Assembly (NCBI GenBank): GCA_016927015.1
Contig: JAFGNM010000117.1
Coordinates: forward strand, 29,182 to 93,181
Direction: 5' to 3'
Length of the DNA stretch: 64,000 nt
Source of the DNA: Candidatus Bathyarchaeota archaeon
Lineage (GTDB): Archaea; Thermoproteota; Bathyarchaeia; Bathyarchaeales; Bathycorpusculaceae
Below the pieces are notes generated by a model. The model did not search any database and was not told the DNA's origin. It was given only the letters and a program-made list of their open reading frames with translations. Below, in pieces: positions 62,491-64,000 of the stretch. The translations under genes were made by a program, and so were the position numbers. Each line of letters begins with the position of its first letter. Within the stretch, counting starts at the first letter, position 1.

Positions 62491-62960
62491 GTTTAAAGAG
62501 AGCATTTATGAACCGTATTCGCGGTTGGCTTCCCAAAGGATACAACTTTACGCTCGCAGATAAAATGTCAAAGCCTCGTTGGTGGAAGCCTCTTTGGGCA
62601 GTCACAATAGTGGGAATCATTGTTTCTACACTCTTCTCCTTCCTTATCTTTCATGTTCCCGTAGAAAGGGCGATTCTGGGACTGGTTCTATCCTTACTTT
62701 GTGTAAGCTTCGCATACTACATCCGCGTCAGGCCTTCAATGAAAATGAATAGAGGCCTATACGTTCTCTTGGGAATAACACCCATCGGATTTTCTCTATG
62801 GATGGTTTTGGCTCTTAGTGGGCTCGGCAGATGGTTAACCAACATGGTTGGCGCTTTTCCTTCTCTTATCATAGGTTGGGTAGTGTGTTTCAGCATAGGC
62901 GCTTTGATAGGCGATTGGATAGGCAAACGAAGAAACTACCACCTGCCCCTTTCACCCTGA
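62487..62960 (+). CDS. RGW[FL]PKEP-motif membrane protein 3 (about four TM helices)
   Basis: N-terminus MSLKRAFMNRIRGWLPKGY. ATGA overlap with the previous gene. Confidence 0.65.
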   Translation: MSLKRAFMNRIRGWLPKGYNFTLADKMSKPRWWKPLWAVTIVGIIVSTLFSFLIFHVPVERAILGLVLSLLCVSFAYYIRVRPSMKMNRGLYVLLGITPIGFSLWMVLALSGLGRWLTNMVGAFPSLIIGWVVCFSIGALIGDWIGKRRNYHLPLSP

Positions 62961-62984
62961 AAACATGGAAGGTTGCTTGAACAC

Positions 62985-63554
62985 ATGAATATAAAGAAAT
63001 ACTTGGAGAATCGCTTTCGGGGCTGGCTTCCTGAAGAGAAGAGTCTAGCATATATGCACAAGTCATCGAAGTCTCGTTGGCGCAAACCCTGCTGGATAGC
63101 TCTTACCTTGGTTAGCGTTGTTGCTCTAGCAGGTTTTACTTTTCTAGGCGTAAACACATATTTACGTTACAGCAACCCAGCTATGGACACTACAACGTGT
63201 TATTACGAGAAAACTGTGAACTGTTCCACCGCAAGCGTAGGCGATATTGTTGAAGTTAACGTTCAGGTGTATTGGCACGGTTATGTATTTCCAGAGTTTA
63301 AACGGGACGTGAAAATTGTTGACTCATTTCCCGAAAGCAACTTCATTCTCATAAATGAAGGCAATGTTTACGAATCCAGCGGTTATGGCGGAAGCTACCA
63401 ACTCCAATACTTGTTAAAAGCCGTTAAAGGAGAAGGCATATCTGTCAAATTGACTGAGCCGAGGCTTTACTTAGATAACGTTGAAGTTTCTCCAGAGGGT
63501 ACAAGTCCAGCTTTGAAGTTACAGAATTTTGCAGAATCAAATATGAGGACTTGA
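62985..63554 (+). CDS. RGW[FL]PKEP-motif membrane protein 4 (one TM helix plus an extracytoplasmic beta domain)
   Basis: From the ATG at 62985 the frame reads MNIKKYLENRFRGWLPEEK. One TM helix (WIALTLVSVVALAGFTFLGV) is followed by VGDIVEVNVQVYWHGY beta-rich sequence. The track start at 62973 adds 4 residues. Confidence 0.65.
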   Translation: MNIKKYLENRFRGWLPEEKSLAYMHKSSKSRWRKPCWIALTLVSVVALAGFTFLGVNTYLRYSNPAMDTTTCYYEKTVNCSTASVGDIVEVNVQVYWHGYVFPEFKRDVKIVDSFPESNFILINEGNVYESSGYGGSYQLQYLLKAVKGEGISVKLTEPRLYLDNVEVSPEGTSPALKLQNFAESNMRT

Positions 63555-63558
63555 AAGC

Positions 63559-64000
63559 CTGAACCTAAAGAAATCTATAGAAAAACGCATTCGCGGGTGG
63601 CTGCCAAAAGAACCCAACCGCCACAGCACCAAGCGTACGATAGGTCGACACCGCTTGGTAAACAAACGTGTACTCATCTTTCTTTCTGTTTCCCTCACTT
63701 GTTTTGTCTTGGTTGCTGGCGGCGCGTATGTTTTTTGGTGGTATTCTGAACAAATATTAGAAAACCTGAAAGGGTATTCTGCAAGGCTTGAGGATGACGG
63801 TTTCATTGTTGAAGAAAAACCTTTGACAGAGTTCAATGTAAATTTCACGCAGGACTGGTACTGGTTTGGCGACTTTCGCACCTATGCTAAACAAGAAAAA
63901 GTGACACACATCTATATTGACCACGAAATAAACGGGCTCTACTATCTCACCCATGTAAGCCCGACAAATGATTCCACCGTGGCAATCATTTTCTATTACA
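63559..64000 (+). CDS. RGW[FL]PKEP-motif membrane protein 5 (partial, runs off the window; no canonical start codon)
   Basis: The frame reads (L)NLKKSIEKRIRGWLPKEPNRH..., then one TM helix (VLIFLSVSLTCFVLVAGGAYVFWW). It stays open to nt 64000. The position homologous to the ATG of the paralogs is a CTG at 63559. An in-frame TGA lies 15 nt upstream. Confidence 0.45.
   Translation, partial: MNLKKSIEKRIRGWLPKEPNRHSTKRTIGRHRLVNKRVLIFLSVSLTCFVLVAGGAYVFWWYSEQILENLKGYSARLEDDGFIVEEKPLTEFNVNFTQDWYWFGDFRTYAKQEKVTHIYIDHEINGLYYLTHVSPTNDSTVAIIFYY

Overview
Archaeal chromosomal window. The identification rests on archaea/eukaryote-type genes: eS19, eL39, eL31, LX, aIF6, prefoldin alpha, RNase P Rpp21, Trm11/Trm-G10 and a PDCD5-like protein. 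No rRNA gene, intact tRNA gene or CRISPR array was seen. Positions 1-46210 form a large cell-surface/glycan super-island. It contains two nucleotide-sugar supply modules (galU-ugd-uxs and rmlACBD), a B12-type radical SAM enzyme and a UPF0104 membrane protein. It also holds a two-gene cassette of very large secreted proteins (1748 aa and 574 aa) bracketed by two copies of a tRNA 3-prime-end fragment. Next comes a mobile-element graveyard: an orphan terminase pair, hicAB, an extra hicB and a TnpB relic. A Wzx-like flippase follows, flanked by duplicated 3-prime ends of an AbrB-like gene. The island ends with a 20-kb unidirectional minus-strand cluster of 16 genes: a 1457-aa GT-C-like membrane giant, GT2/GT4 transferases, a methyltransferase, a thymidylate-kinase-like P-loop protein, an NTP_transf_5-like nucleotidyltransferase, a Dol-P glycosyltransferase with a GT-C partner, an epimerase and a QxxRW processive synthase. 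This cluster is compositionally mosaic. Positions 48.3-60.7 kb are ordinary housekeeping genes: rnp4, yhbY, vapBC, the conserved eS19-PDCD5-eL39-eL31-aIF6-LX-pfdA-ftsY block, prs, trm11 and rnz. The least explained signals are five. (1) A Tfx-like HTH gene is followed by five tightly packed paralogous membrane-protein genes that share only an N-terminal motif, K-[KR]-x-[LFI]-E-x-[RQ]-[IF]-RGW-[FL]-PKEP (60.9-64.0 kb). (2) A ~50-nt element occurs three times, each copy pointing at a different downstream gene. (3) The tRNA-fragment direct repeats surround the giant-protein cassette. (4) Inverted GT-rich TTTGTTTATAYG repeat blocks bracket an accessory module at 8.6-12.6 kb. (5) A family of small two-TM proteins shares a YGLxFxxxWAxxY loop. 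All functional calls come from motif recognition by eye. No database search was run.
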